A stretch of DNA of 60,229 nt, counting the filler, from Platydemus manokwari (Eukaryota), in assembly GCA_037951405.1 (NCBI GenBank). It is 6 parts of 6 records of this genome, joined end to end, with 100 filler letters (N's around TTAATTAATTAA, not from the genome) between each part and the next. Parts side by side here need not be neighbours in the genome. Positions count along the whole stretch, not along the records: positions 39,679 to 48,790 come from JBBMOY011297983.1; positions 48,891 to 60,229 come from JBBMOY010749981.1; 4 more parts are not named here. The stretch is one strand, 5' to 3'. This document shows positions 39,679 through 53,945 of the stretch, in pieces; position 1 is the stretch's first letter, and every line of letters starts with the position of its first letter. Below the pieces are notes generated by a model. It did not search any database. It worked only from the letters and a program-made list of their open reading frames with translations, and had not been told where the DNA came from. Made by a program: the position numbers and the translations under genes.

Positions 39679-42139
39679 TGCCATCAGTAAACACATACCA
39701 ACTTTGATAACCGCAACACACGTCTATGGCTTATTAGACTCTGCAACCACATTTTAACGGTTGGTGATGTTAGTACCGTATCTGTTTTACTAGACACTTA
39801 TCACTTGTCCAAACTGGAATAGGACATGCACACATTATATGATATCCATCGCTTAGTGGATATTATACACAGATCTGACATTTTTGAAATATCTTCATTT
39901 TGTAGATTGCTGAAGTGGCTCTCTAGCACTTGAAACCTGCTTATATATTGAATTATGTGACTTACTATATCACACTTGATTTTATATTTCAAAAAATATA
40001 TGAACTTTACTTGTTTTATTTTACATTTTATATTTTATCGATTTGAAAATATTGATTACATTTTCAGATTTGCTAAGTTTTTCATTAAATTTTCAATTTT
40101 CTTTTGTGAATTATGAATTTGTATTTGTTTCAATAAATTTGCGGTATTAATAAACAAATTGATATATAGACTATAGAAAATTAATTTAATTCTAATTTAC
40201 CTAACCTTTGGATTCTTTTGCGTTTATTTCTCGTGAATTGTATCAGTTTTGAAATTTGTAATGGGATTAAATTAAACTAGCTTCAATTACAATTTTAAGT
40301 TTTGTTAACTGTTTACAGAGGTCATGAATTACAATGTAGATATTATTTAAAGTACGATTTTTTTTACTCATGAATAAATCAATAGTTAACCAACCAGGGT
40401 AGTTGAGAAGTCTAGATAAATTAAATAACCAATTTGCGATGAAATCATGCATAATTTCCAAGTCTAAGAAAATTATATATTTAAAATATTATAAAATAAT
40501 ATTGATAATAATAATTAATAACAATAATAGTCTACTAATATTATCAATAATTATAATATTTTTAAATAAATGAATTTTTAATCTTTATTTTATTTCATTT
40601 TTTCATCACTTTATCAGATTTGACAATTGATCGTTGTTCAAGATAGATTTTATACCACAGATGCATTATTTATGATTGGAATGTTCATGTAGAGATACAA
40701 AATAATAAAATATCAACGGAGCCTATACTGACAATTCTAAATTTGTTCAATACTTTTTCAATTTAAATCAATATAAAAGAAAACTTATTAAATTATTTGT
40801 TTTGTTACTTCTTATTGAAAGTAGATGTGTCTGGTTACGTTGTCTGGTATTTTGGTTATCAAAATCATACACAAAATATTAACTTTATTTGATAATTTGA
40901 ACCTGTATTATAATATTAGCATTATTTTCTTCAAATCCGGTTGTTGTATATCGGATGATATTATCAATCTTATTCAAAAATTTCTTTTATTTCGATTCCT
41001 GGAACGTATTAGAAAATCAGAAGGTTATTAATTTATAACAAATTAGTTTATCATAGCGAATATTAATAAGCATCAAACCAAAGCAATGGACCATTACTTG
41101 ACATATTAACCCGGAAGTTGATTTTCTTCTAATAAAGTAATTTTCTACTAAATAAAGTAATTATTTTTGTGATATATTTATTAAGAAAGACACAAAAAAC
41201 AAAAATATCGTTTGACAATCTCACTCAACCATAATTTAATATGAATTATACAAAATTAAAACAAAATCGAATAATAAAAAACCGTTTCCTGGAGCGTTTT
41301 TTTTTAACTACAAGATATAATTGCAAAATTACTTGAACGATTTAGCTCAATTCAAGTGTGAAAATTTCAGGCAAATTATAATTCTAATGTTACATTTTCA
41401 TAGGTATTTGTAACGTTTTTTGTTTGAGAATTTTCTTGGAAAACCTGAAGAGCTCATTTGTAAATGGAATTGGTTTTCAACAATTGCGGCACGACAAAAA
41501 AGAATTTTAGATATATTTCCAAAACGATATCATTATTGAGACAATATCTGTGGTCTGCAATTACCATTCCGATATTCAAAGGGGTCATATTTTTAAATAA
41601 AAATTTCCTTCAGATCGATTATTTAAAGATCGAATTGCCTTATTTGAGTAATTTAATTAAGTTAATATCAAATCCTTTAATGTACACCAACTTGACCACA
41701 ATTAGCGCTAGAATGGATTAAATTAAATATCCAAAAAATGGGAACTAAAACCCAAGTCAAGTGAACAGGATGAGTTTAGAAATGAAATTTATTTTCGTAT
41801 TGCAAATAGAAACGTAGGAACGGTTATAAATATCTCATTATTTCTCGACTTGTAGAGACAATTGGTCCAGTCAAGTACCGTTTATGAGGGCCATATTACA
41901 CGTGGATGAGCTTTTTCGAAGTGAAAGTCAATTTTTCCATAATCTAGTTAATAAAATCGAAACAATCCATTAAAACAAAATAATAGGTTTTTGATTGGAA
42001 ACGACAATCAAATAAAGATATTTATAACGTAAATTATGAATTGATAAATATAGACAATAAAAAAGCGAGAATATTACCACTTGTATTGTGATTTTGAATA
42101 AAATATAAATATTCTCTATTAGAAATAATTATTTTAAAA

Positions 42140-45100
42140 TCATAGATTCGAATAGAGCTCATCAATGATTCCATCGGCAGATGGAAACAAATGGCCACAA
42201 AACACAGATTCGATCATTGACATATCAAGCTTGAATAGATTATCAACCAATTGATCAAATAGTTTGTGATATTCATCAGACCGACTTCCCAGTCGTGGCT
42301 TCAACAATTCGATATTCTTTTTCTTGATATCTTCTTGATTATCTGGGTGAAAATATTTTCAAAATTTATAATTATCCATATAATCATAATCATAATAATA
42401 ATGTTAATAACAAAAACAAAATAATAAAACATTCAATAAATAGCTTCTATAAATAAATAAAATCGATATTAAAATCGTGAATAAATGATAATATCTAAAA
42501 ATAGTCAACGATATGAGTGTATGTAAATTTAATTGATGGTCGACAACAAACGTCGACGATAATTGACTTAAGCGACAAATCAATGTTGGTGAATGTAAAA
42601 TTTCTGGTCTCATTGAATTATAGACATCGATTTTCAGTTAAAAAATAAAATATGGAAATATCGTCTAACGTTTTATCATTATCTAAACAAATTCATCGAT
42701 ATCAATATTTTATGCCTGCTGCGATGGTGAATGGAAAAATAAAAAACAAACAGATTTCGTTTCCTCAAAAGCGCTCGACACGAAATTTATCAATAAATTC
42801 TTAAAATTTTATATTCAATAAATAAAAAAATGTCCTCAAACAGATTATTCACAACATATATATTTCACGACGTCCAAAAATATGAAGCAAGAAAAATGTT
42901 TTTCCCATACTAGCAACTAGGAAATGCAAGGAAACAAAGAATTTTCCAGGACTTCAAGTAATGTTGCAGAAAACTATTAGAGAATAGACAAAATTAGGCT
43001 GTCTCTAAATAGAATCCATCGTTGCTAAGCATTTTTGTGTTAGGAATTTTAAAACATTCGACTATTAACATGAACTATTCTTTGATTTTTACAAATTAAA
43101 ACGTTATGATTTTCAAATCAGAAATAAAATATTGTTTTCGTTTTTACCGCCTTTTCATAACAGTAACTAATCTTTTTTTAATTTCAAAAAACCATGTCTA
43201 ATTTTAGATAAAATATTACTGACACGAATGGTGACTTTTGGAATTATTTTCTGTGAAAAAACGTCAGATATTTACCAATGAATCAATATGGATATTTACA
43301 GGATGTCCCTTTAAATCCATATCTATATCAAATAATTAACCAAATTATCTCTAATTCGAGTTATGGTAAGTCACGTTTGTGATTATCATTGAAACCTTCA
43401 CCCAATAAACTATATCTTTTTTATAGTTCAACGATGCTTCCCTGTTTCCATGTTTCCACAAGCATTACAGAATAAATTTCTTTTCTACAAATCTTAGTTT
43501 GAATGCCATCATTGATTTGGAAAGAAAAACCATCAATCGAGTCATCAGCTTCTGTATTCAGACCAACCATTGAACGATAATGTATAGAAATAAAAAGAAA
43601 TGTTTGTGATTTCACAGCTTTCAAGCGTCCTAACCAGAACGGAAGTCAGTTTGAAAACAGGAGCCGACAAAACAATAAAATAATGTCTATCGATTCTATT
43701 AAATTTTCAAAAATGAAATATATTCTCATAAGCACCGTTGTAACAATTATTTAGAAGCAAATATTTTTTTCGGGGGGGGGGGTCAGTTGATCTGTAAATA
43801 TTTGAATAAAAGAAATAATTACAGATCACGATCAATAATTTAAACAATCGAATCATTATATTTTGATTATTTATCATTTCAAATTATTGGAATGCTATTC
43901 TTATTAAATCAATAAACAAAGTACAATTTGTTACTAAAAATAGTAACTGGATAACATGACTTATTTAGCTAATTAATCATTGATATTTTATCAATAACAT
44001 ATACGAATTTTTGTCCCGATTTGATAACGCTTTTCAAATAGTTCGCATTCTCAGAAAATTCATTCCACCCAATCTCGTACCATATCGATTTAAAACCCAA
44101 TTCCAATATTCATCAAAAAATAACTGCGATGATTTTTCGTTCACATTTTTGGCTAGAAAGTAAAACAAAATCTACGTCACCGATTAGTTTTCTGATTTCG
44201 TTTCATGCAAATTCTTTTCCACATTTCAAACATAATAAATGGAAATTAATCAATAACATTCAATAATCATTACGAGAAAGAAAGAAAGAAAATCCCACAA
44301 AAAATCACAATAAAAAAATTCATAAAATACCTATGATATTTATGTAATTGGAAATAATCAAATAATCGTTTTTTTTATAAAAGAAATCAATGGTTTTATT
44401 TACCTGTAAACAAAATAGCAATTCGAAGCAATTCAAATAAATTGTGATTCAACCGCAACGAGATCATCTGATCAATAACTATTTCCAGATCATTAGTAAA
44501 CACTCGAGTTAGTCGAAACAATTTTTTGTAATTGCCGCAAGATTCTGATTTGTTGTAATCTTTTATAAAATGACCTAAAATCGATTTGGTAGTTTCACCA
44601 TTCTTTTCAATGAATTCTACGAGATAAGTTATAAAAATCAAATGCCATGATTGCTTGAGAATGCGTATTCGATCATTGTCGGGTAATTGGAGAACATTTA
44701 CAAGCATGGTTTCACTGGATTTGTTGGGTTTCATTAACAGAACAATGTTCCTCAACCATTCAATGATCAATTGGTCTGGATAGATATTTTTCGATTTTTC
44801 TGAATTGTTGTTATTGTCTCTGATATTTACAAGTGGTTTGGGTTTGTAATAAGGTTGAAATCGTAATGTCTGAGGAGCTGAAGATGGTCGTGTTGACACA
44901 ATTTTGGATGAAACTGATTTTATTCGCTCTAAATTGGAACTGTTTGGTCGATCATTGATCAATGCTCTCGATAAAGTATGCATTTCAATATTATGATTAT
45001 TGTCTAATTGTGGAATCTGTTGTCTGTTTCTTTTCAATAAATTATATAAAATTCCTTGATCTACCGGTTTCTCGTTGATAACGTATTGTTCGATTTGATA

Positions 45101-45267
45101 TTTACCTTTATTTGATTTCATTTTCCCAACATTGGAATGTCTCATACTATTTGTACAACAGCTGCTCGAAAGACCTTGATCCAAATTTTTCAAAGCTTCA
45201 GCGCCAATTCTGATTAGGGAAATATATAATTTCAATATTAATTCAAAACTAACCTCAACAGAAACAT
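42140..45267 (-). CDS. Nuclear receptor with ligand-binding domain only, NR0B (DAX-1/SHP)-like; exons 45254-45267, 44404-45209, 42140-42342; ~340 aa
   Basis: LBD signatures LPDNDRIRILKQSWHLIFI and LNHNLFELLRIAILFT; terminal exon ...LFKLDMSMIESVFCGHLFPSADGIIDELYSNL*; N-terminal QGILYNLL LxxLL box; no C4 zinc fingers. Splice phases are consistent (1023 nt in total). Confidence 0.78.
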
Positions 45268-48200
45268 TGGTATAATTGAAAAAATAATATAATTAAAATT
45301 GACAAAAATAAAATCTCTGATCACAAAGGAGGGTATTAATAATAATCAATAATAATAACAAAATATCAAATTTAATGCATATTTATATTCAAAAATATGC
45401 TCCAAATAAAAGTACACTTAATGTCATTACAGACAAACGTGTGTGTATGCATATCGGCTATCAAAACGTGTATACTCCAATATAGCCTACTTGTGATCGC
45501 CTGGAATTAGAGTGTGTGTTTTAAAATATCTTACTCTATCTGTTTGTATGTATCCGTAATTTGCATGGTCTTGTGCTTATAAGCCGTCATACAGTTTTCA
45601 TATTCAAAGCACACGTAATCGTTTCGTGTTGATACACACACACACTCTTACTAGATCAAGAAATCCGATGTATGCTGTTGTTTTGATAACTAGAGTTTTG
45701 TCGGAAAAGGCTGAGCAGATTAAATTACGTTCTCTCACTGTCTAATTTCTAGTATAGTGTCCAATAATTATTTTTCTAGATCTCAGCTGATTGGTCGGTA
45801 GTTATTTAGGTTTTTCCAGACTACTTTTGCACTATTACATGTTTGTGCATCGCTTACATCGCATTTATGCCAAGTAATTAATACATATGTATCAAGTTTG
45901 GAAAATATATTCCGTGTAAGGAACCTCAAACCAGTACATGTGAGACAAGAAGGAATGTTTTGATACCCAGTCAACACCAAATCTTTAATAAAGTAATTGA
46001 TTAATTTATATATGATTTTAATATTAAATGCTATTCCAAAGGATTGACAAATATAGATTACCGAAAATTATGATTCATCTGCTTTGGTAAATATTTTCAA
46101 TTTATTTTCTAATATATTTGGAGAATGAACAGAAGAAATGTAAGTGTTTATTAAAGAATAACTCGACGACAATTTTGTTTATAAATTTTATTATAAAAAA
46201 TATTTTTTGTCTATGTTTCCTATTTAATGACAGACAAAGGATTTTAACAGAACAAAATTGGAAAGCCATACAGGCTCGGTTGATCAGCGTTTTGCATCCG
46301 TAGAAAATGTAATTTGGAAAGAATGTAATTCCAATTGATAGGCTTCCAAATTAATACGGGTTTTTCGTAAATGATAATTAGAATTTCTTTTATTTCTCTA
46401 TATAGAGACATGGATTGGTTTTTGTTCGAAAATTATCATGAAACAAAATGAAATCAAATCCAAGAAATTCGTTTTTATAATCGAGGTGAGAATTTTTAAA
46501 CAAAAGCATGACAATGCTTTCGTGTTTTTCTTTCGACAACCTGGATCACAAAGTTAATAATTTGAAAACAATTATTAATAACAATTCAGCCATTGGTAGA
46601 ATCTACTAACTATGCACATATGTAGCGAAAATAGATGATAAAATCACATATAAAACCGTGTAGCGCCAGTTTCGTCTGGATCGCGTAAAGTGGTTATCAC
46701 AAGGCACGCCGATGAAAGGATGCCGCCATTTTGAATTCTTTTGAAGATTTTTGTTTTACCAAAATAATAGACAGCGTCTGGACGCGAACCAAACTGGACT
46801 CATTGATGTTAGTGATTAAAGTGAGGCAGACGAGGGAGGAATAAATTAATATTTGTTTATATTTCTGGATAGGGTTTTAATATTTAATTTATGTACGACC
46901 TGGAAAATTGTCGACAACAATATGGGATATTAAAGATCTATCACGGTTCCATTTAAGAGAATGAATGACCTTGTAACACGTAACATTGTTTACTATTAAT
47001 ATGGGAAATATTTACTTTTATTATTTATTCAAAATTGAAAGAATTAACCTTGAAATATTATTAATATTTTTATGATAATAATAATAATAATAATATTTTT
47101 TATTTAATTAGTGATATTATTCTCTACAGTAATCATTTGTGAATGGTTTTGAAACTTCTAATTATCCTTTATTGTCATTTAAGTATATCCTCTTATTTTT
47201 GATATTTACTGTCACTCAAAGCTTGATTTTCTTTCAAAATTTGTGTTACACTCGTGTTCTTGGTGATACCGATTAATCTCAGAAGTTTAGCAAGCCTGTT
47301 TCTTCTGCTATCTTTGTTATATATTCACGCATAATATTTTTGGATAGCATTTTCTTGTATAAATCTACTAGAATTCATCAATATAATCAATCTGAGATTA
47401 TGTGGGGGAGCTCTCTTTTAGTCCTTGACTGTATTTTACTGAATGAATTGAAAGCACCATATAATTTAATTTCCCTATTTTCCTTATGATTCCCACCTAT
47501 ATCCTCTGGATTCAAAATATTTTATTTTATTTTATTTCTGAGTTACCCCACACAACCATTATAGTAGATAATATGACATTGATTCTTCTTTATTCCAATC
47601 ATTTGAGATTATATTAAAACCAATAGGCTTTGTCTTCTTGGTATTGAACTCAATAATAATAATCTTTAATCGTAAACCGGTCATTCGTCATTATTTGAAA
47701 CGTTTTGGTTTAAGAAACTGTACACTATTAAGACGGTCTTATTTTTTCAGAAATGTTTTCAACGACAACGCATTTTCTGACATTAGAATACCAAGAGCAA
47801 AATCTATATGAGCGGTCTTCATGTTGGGTTTCCTAATTAAAACGTTAATTTCATTCTCAGATATAGCGAAATCAAAAAGCAAGAGTGCATTTTGAAATAT
47901 TATTATATATTATCATAATAATAATGATTATGAAACTACTACAACTATTATTATTATTATTGATATGTATCATAACAGTCAATATTTATTTAGTGTCTTT
48001 GGATCAATAACAGTAAGCATTTCAGGATGATTAAAAAATTTTATGTTCCAGTGACTGAAATTGTCGGCAATCAGTTTTATGGTCGAATTTTGAATTAAAA
48101 GTTTAACCAATATCAAATTTCGATCATCAAAGTGAAAATGAAAATTTTTATCAAATGACTTTATCTTATCATTGCCATTTGTTGTGTGGAAATATTAGCG

Positions 48201-48790
48201 ATTTTACATTGATTTGATTTGATTCATCTCTGGATAAAATATTGCAAAATCGAAAGGAAAAACACTGAAAAATATTGCTTGCGTTTCATTACATATATAT
48301 GTCTATTATAGAATGAAAATAATTTCAAAATTATCTCGAAATATTTTCATTCCTTTATTTATTTTAATAATCGGAATTATTAATGTGTCATTCAATTGAT
48401 TTTAATGGCGAAATAAGGTGTATTTGTTAGTAGGAAAATGTTGCAAATAAATAATTAGGGATATTGATTTTCCTTCTTTGATTGTCCTTTAGGAATTTGG
48501 TTTTTTTATTTTAATGTTTTACCTTTTATTTAATTTCCTGTTTATATATATTTTTTATTTCTATTTGATTAAAATTATTTTATATAAAATTATTTTATTT
48601 TATTTTAATTTTCCTATTAATTGACTTCATTAATTTCATTTCGATTTTTCGTGATCGGTAGTGCTAAAAACATATTCAATGAGCTAAAGTATGATAATAA
48701 TTTTAATAAAGAATTTAAATATGAATTTCATGTATTTTATATTTCAATAATAATTTGCCCCTTGTATTTAATTTCATATTTGATTAATAT

Positions 48791-48890
48791 NNNNNNNNNN
48801 NNNNNNNNNNNNNNNNNNNNNNNNNNNNNNNNNNTTAATTAATTAANNNNNNNNNNNNNNNNNNNNNNNNNNNNNNNNNNNNNNNNNNNN
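48791..48890. other. Assembly spacer with TTAATTAATTAA linker
   Basis: 44 N + linker at 48835-48846 + 44 N. Confidence 0.95.
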
Positions 48891-49059
48891 GGTTTTGAGG
48901 AGTGTGATGTTGAAAATTGAAATAAATAATCTTATCTTCGATTTGAATTGTTTTTTAGTTGTATAAGTTGCACATCATATTAGCTCCAATTCAAAAATGT
49001 TGCCGTTATGTACCTATTAGCTGCAGCTTATACTCGGGATTTTACAGTAGATTTTGAAA

Positions 49060-49580
49060 TGTATAGTGAAAAACAAAAGGAACAAATTAAAAAAGAAAAG
49101 ATTTCATTATCAGAATTATTAATCAGTGACCAAACAGATACAAATAATCATGTTTTTCACTATAGAAATCTACAATTCTATTTAGAAATGATGATGAAAT
49201 TAAAGAGTTAATAGAATACTACTATTTGCACAAAAACCATGGTTACAAAAATTTCAATCAAACACAAATCTAAAAAATAAAGGAAGAAGAGATTTTGAAA
49301 AAGATATTTAGGAATTAATGAATAATAGTTTCTTGGAAAAACAATGGAAAATATTAGAAAACGAGAAAATATAAAATTATTTATTGATTCTATAAAATCT
49401 AAATAACAAAATACAAAACCAACTTATAAAATTAATTTGAAGTTAATTATCATAAAGAATAAGTAAAATTGAATAAAGAAATTTATTTTTGATTTTGGAT
49501 TTTAGTATTAAGCAAGTTATTAATGGAGGACTTTTATTATAATAATTTGAAACCTAAATATAACGAAAATATCGAAATAA
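49060..49580 (+). mobile_element. Polinton/Maverick (adintovirus-like) protein-primed DNA polymerase B pseudogene, core region
   Basis: Frameshifted fragments HYRNLQFYLEMMMKLK, FAQKPWL, FEKD...LMNNS./GKTMENIRKRENIKL (PolB motif B) and LSKLLMEDFYYNNLKPKY occur in the expected order. Confidence 0.8.
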
Positions 49581-50825
49581 TACAAATGTTGATTAAAATA
49601 GAAATGGAGTAGATGCCGGAAATGTTCATTTTTATCTCAGACACTCCATTCCAATGAGGGTGATGAAAGCGAAAGGTAGTCTAAAATGATTTAAATATAT
49701 AATTCCAATGAAGTTGATGTATTTTCCTTGCCATAAATAAAACCTAATGAATTTATGCACCAACCCAATATATTAACTATGAAATCATCATTAAAGAGAA
49801 TATCCAATGTATAAAGCAATTGAATCCAGTTCTTGGTTAAAATCTTTCCAAATTAACCTGTTTGTCTTTGTTTGGTTTTGAATGTTCGAAGGTTTTGAAG
49901 CTCGCTATGTTTTTACATCAATTGTGCCCGACTCCGAAGGCGCAGTTGAAAATGATAGAAATAATTTAAACATAATAAAATAGTGGATTGGCAGAACCAA
50001 AGACACTGATAATAACAATGGGTACAATATTTAGTAAAGACGTAGTCAGTCATAGGTGAGATTGTTAGCAGTGCAGAAAGTTTTGTCAATGTCTGGCTAC
50101 GGGTTATTTTTTATGTTTATTTTTTTCCATTCTGGTGTCAAGGATTCTGATATTTTCTAGTATTTTGGATTGAGCTAGATTCTTTCGAATAAAAAAAATA
50201 CCTACTAAAGATCTTTTATTTTTTATCAAGTAGGGTTAAGCCCTCTTAGAGTTGGTTATATTCTTCGTCTGCTGGAATATCATCGCGATTGGATTTCAGG
50301 ATCTGATTCTCCCTTTTTAGAATTTGCTTATCTCAATTTGTGATTTCTAGAGCGTGGTGTCTTACGAAGAAGAATACTTCCTCAAGATCTGGAATAGTAA
50401 TTGTTTGCTGTGACAGCACAATGACCTTTGCCTGGATATTTATATTATTTGGTAAGTGGGTTTGATCACTGAACGTTTGAAAAATAGTTTTGTTCCGTCC
50501 CATAGTGTCATCCGCCATCTGCTCAATTCTATCAAAGAAAACTTAAACGGATTCTCTTCTATATAGAAGGGCTCTTAGCCAATCCCGAGCCAGTAATCTC
50601 TTTTTTTCATAGGCATTTCGCAGTCTTTGGTCATACTCCTTTATTTCCTCTGGAACTGCCTCGTATTGAGCAAGGCAATTACAACCAAATTTCTCATTGA
50701 TTTGGTTGTTTTACACATATTAAAATATCGATTATAGCTTTTAATAAACTGTTCGATATAGTCACTTCGTCTGTACTTTTCGGGCACAATTCAACTCAAG
50801 ATCGCATCCATGTGCGTGGTCGCCA

Positions 50826-50990
50826 TGTTAGTAGCCGCTACTTTACTTGTTACTGGTTTTTCATCAAAAGAACTCATGATTAGGATTTCCTCAAATTTAT
50901 TTTAATAAAGAAACAAAAAATTTTTCAAAAAATTTATGGAGAGGTTTTGCTTTTATTTTTAATCTCGATCAGGATTATATATATAAATAT
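50826..50990 (-). repeat. Dispersed repeat copy 1 (shared with 58106-58270)
   Basis: TGTTAGTAGCCGCTACTT...TGTTACTGGT...CATCAAAAGAACTCATGATTAGGATTT...GATCAGGATTATATATATA. Confidence 0.8.
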
Positions 50991-53945
50991 TTATTTTAAA
51001 AAATCAAGTATAAATTAAATTTTAATTATAAAATTTTAAAACATTTTATATAAAGATATTAAAATTTATAATTTATTAAATTCTTTTAAATCGTAATTTA
51101 AAAGTTGTTTTTGTAAATTATTTTAATTAAACCTCACACCATGTATGCATGAAAGTTGTTACTTATAACCGTGTCTAAAACGTAAATTCGGAATTGAGAG
51201 CTAGTTTTTTGAAAATGTCTGAATGTCGGACAAAGTAGTTTGTAATTTTTTATTTTCCTTTCTAGAAAATAAAGATTAAATATGTAAGACTGATAACATA
51301 TCGATATAATGCACGTTATATTAGAAACAATAATAGAGATTTTAATTTTTAATTTACTACAACCTGGTTATTTGTATAATTAAAGATACACAGACAAGTC
51401 AATAATTTATACATCAAGATAAATCAAGGCTTTAAATCAAATTAATCATAGAAGTAATTGATTTTGCTTGCTGGTTTGTGCAGATCGCTGTATTCTTTCT
51501 GTTAGTAGTTCCAGACCGAGAATTGAATGCCTGTGAGATGCCGTTTCTTGTTGTCGATTACTATTGCACTCAGGTTATGATGGGGTCAATATGGTGGTTT
51601 ATCTCCTGATTTTAATTGAGTGTGGGAATTCAATGTTTGTTTCCATTGGTTTTTGCGATGCCGGTGAGACTCTGGGCTATTGTGGTTGAGACGTACTTGA
51701 TAATTACGACGTAAATGACATTGATGGTTGATTAATCGGTTGAGGTCTGTGTCCTCTGTTTTACTTTTCTTAGATAATGGTTCATTTATTTCACTTCAAA
51801 TTAATACTTCTACGACGTCAGGATCTATATATGAACAATGATATTTAATCTTCTTTTCTGTGCATGAAAGTTTTATGGTTATTGTAATCGATGTATACTA
51901 GTAGTAATTTTTATTATCAACAATATATTTTTATTTTTCATTCATTTTTATTCTGGACCAGCCCTTTAAAAATTAATATAATAAAAGAATAAAAGAATAT
52001 GATAAAATAGAACATAAAGTGAAATAACTTTAAAAATAAAATTAAAGTTTTAATTTAGAACCGATTTCTAATGAATATAATTTAACCCAAAAATTAACCC
52101 AATCTTTAACTCAACAAATGAAAAATACCCCTATTTTAAAATATCTGAATATTCAAAACACCTTCATAGAATAAATTACCCCTATTTAAAATAAAATAGA
52201 ATTTGGCTGGCAACAAAAATGAACACCAATAAAATGAATTCCCTTCATAAAAAAATATAATGAACATCATTATCACCCGCATTCTACAACGAAAACTTGC
52301 ATTGAAAAGAAATTCACTCGAATAAAAATAAAAAGAGCCCTCATTTAATCGAAAATCAGTCCCAATAAAATCCCATATAAATAGGCCGTTAAAATCAGCA
52401 GCCAGTACCCGCCTGTTACAAAGAAACCTCATTAGAAAACCACTAGGATCCGCCTATTAGTAACATCAAAATCGAATATTCGTTGTACTTGTATAAATCA
52501 TATGCCCAGTTCATCTGGAAGATCAATTTAAATATGGATATTCGACCTGATTGATAGGATCCAAAGAGCGAGTAAGACACAATACCTGTAAAATCATCAT
52601 TTATTTATGCCAACAACTCAAATTCTTCCTACTTACCGTGTTAATCCCAAATATCTTTAGTAATCGGTTCTACTCCTCTTGGGAGCATTGTTAACCGGAG
52701 CTTAGTCCAGAATTGTGTTTAAACTCTTGTCATTTAAGCGTATACAAGTATCGTTCATATTTAAACATAGCTAATTGTATAAAAGTACTAATTCATAACC
52801 ATAATTACCGTAAAAAGTAGTAATTTATATTGTAATTTTTATAAATAATAAAGTTTAATAAACGTCAACTAATTGGTTTTAAATTTGGCAAGTGCCTTAA
52901 GTGTCAACTCATTATCTGTAAAGAATCACTTTATTATCAATTCACCATCTTTTTAGAAGGGTGTTAAGAGACGAATAATGAAAACCATGATTTAATTTTA
53001 TCGAAATATGTTAACCACTGTTTATTTTTTTTAACTCCTCACAATATTTTTCGTTAAACATTTTCACATCTACCTTCTTAACTTCTTGTTGCGATAATTT
53101 TATAAATTTAAATTATTGTCAAAGGCGTTTGCAGCATTATCCTTTATTTTTAATATTTCTTCTCATAAATCTTTAATAATTTCTTGAGCCTTAATTATTT
53201 TCCCCTCAATTAATATATTATCCTCCAAATCGTTTTGTTGGAATACCATGTTTAATTGCTTCACGAACTTATCTAACTGTCTTTTTCTTTTTACTACTTA
53301 ATCGAATATGAAAAGATTCTCTGATAACATATTTTGATTTTGTCAATAAACTATTTTTTACACCACAATATAAAGTAATTACTAGGAAATTTTCACCACG
53401 AGTAGATAAAATAGCTGTTAAAATACATAACATTCCACCAGATATAAAAATGGTATATTTTAAACCAATAACAAATTGAGCCCATTTATTTTGTAATTTA
53501 TTATAATGACTTAATAATTCTTCCAAAACTCTTTTCTCATTCACAAACTTACCTATTCTAAGTTTATTAATATTTACTTTTAATACACCGTTTTAATGAC
53601 TTAAATAAGACAAAAGATCCTTAGCATTTTGAATTTCTGACTCAGTCAAAAAGTAAATGCGAATTTGTATAAATTTTTCATTCATATTTTCGAATTTAAA
53701 ATACAAATATTAATACTCAAAATAATTTTCTGTAAATAACTATTTGATTTCTGATTTTTCTTGTCAGGATTTGTCAACACATAAATTCTGTTCCATGATT
53801 ATTATTGTAATATATGTATATATATGTATTGTTTAAATACTATATATTTGTATAATTTTTTAAAATAAATATTAATATTTACTAAACTTTATCACACTTG
53901 CTATAACCAATAATATAAATGCAAACTGTTACAACTAAATACTCT

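Noticed and set aside
46240-46730. Missing DNA-binding-domain exons of the nuclear receptor
   Set aside because: The minus-strand frames I translated show no CxxC...CxxC P-box pattern and contain stops.
11467-48846. Recurrent TTAATTAATTAA palindrome at roughly regular spacing as a biological repeat or array
   Set aside because: It is always centred in 44+44 Ns, so it is an artificial linker.
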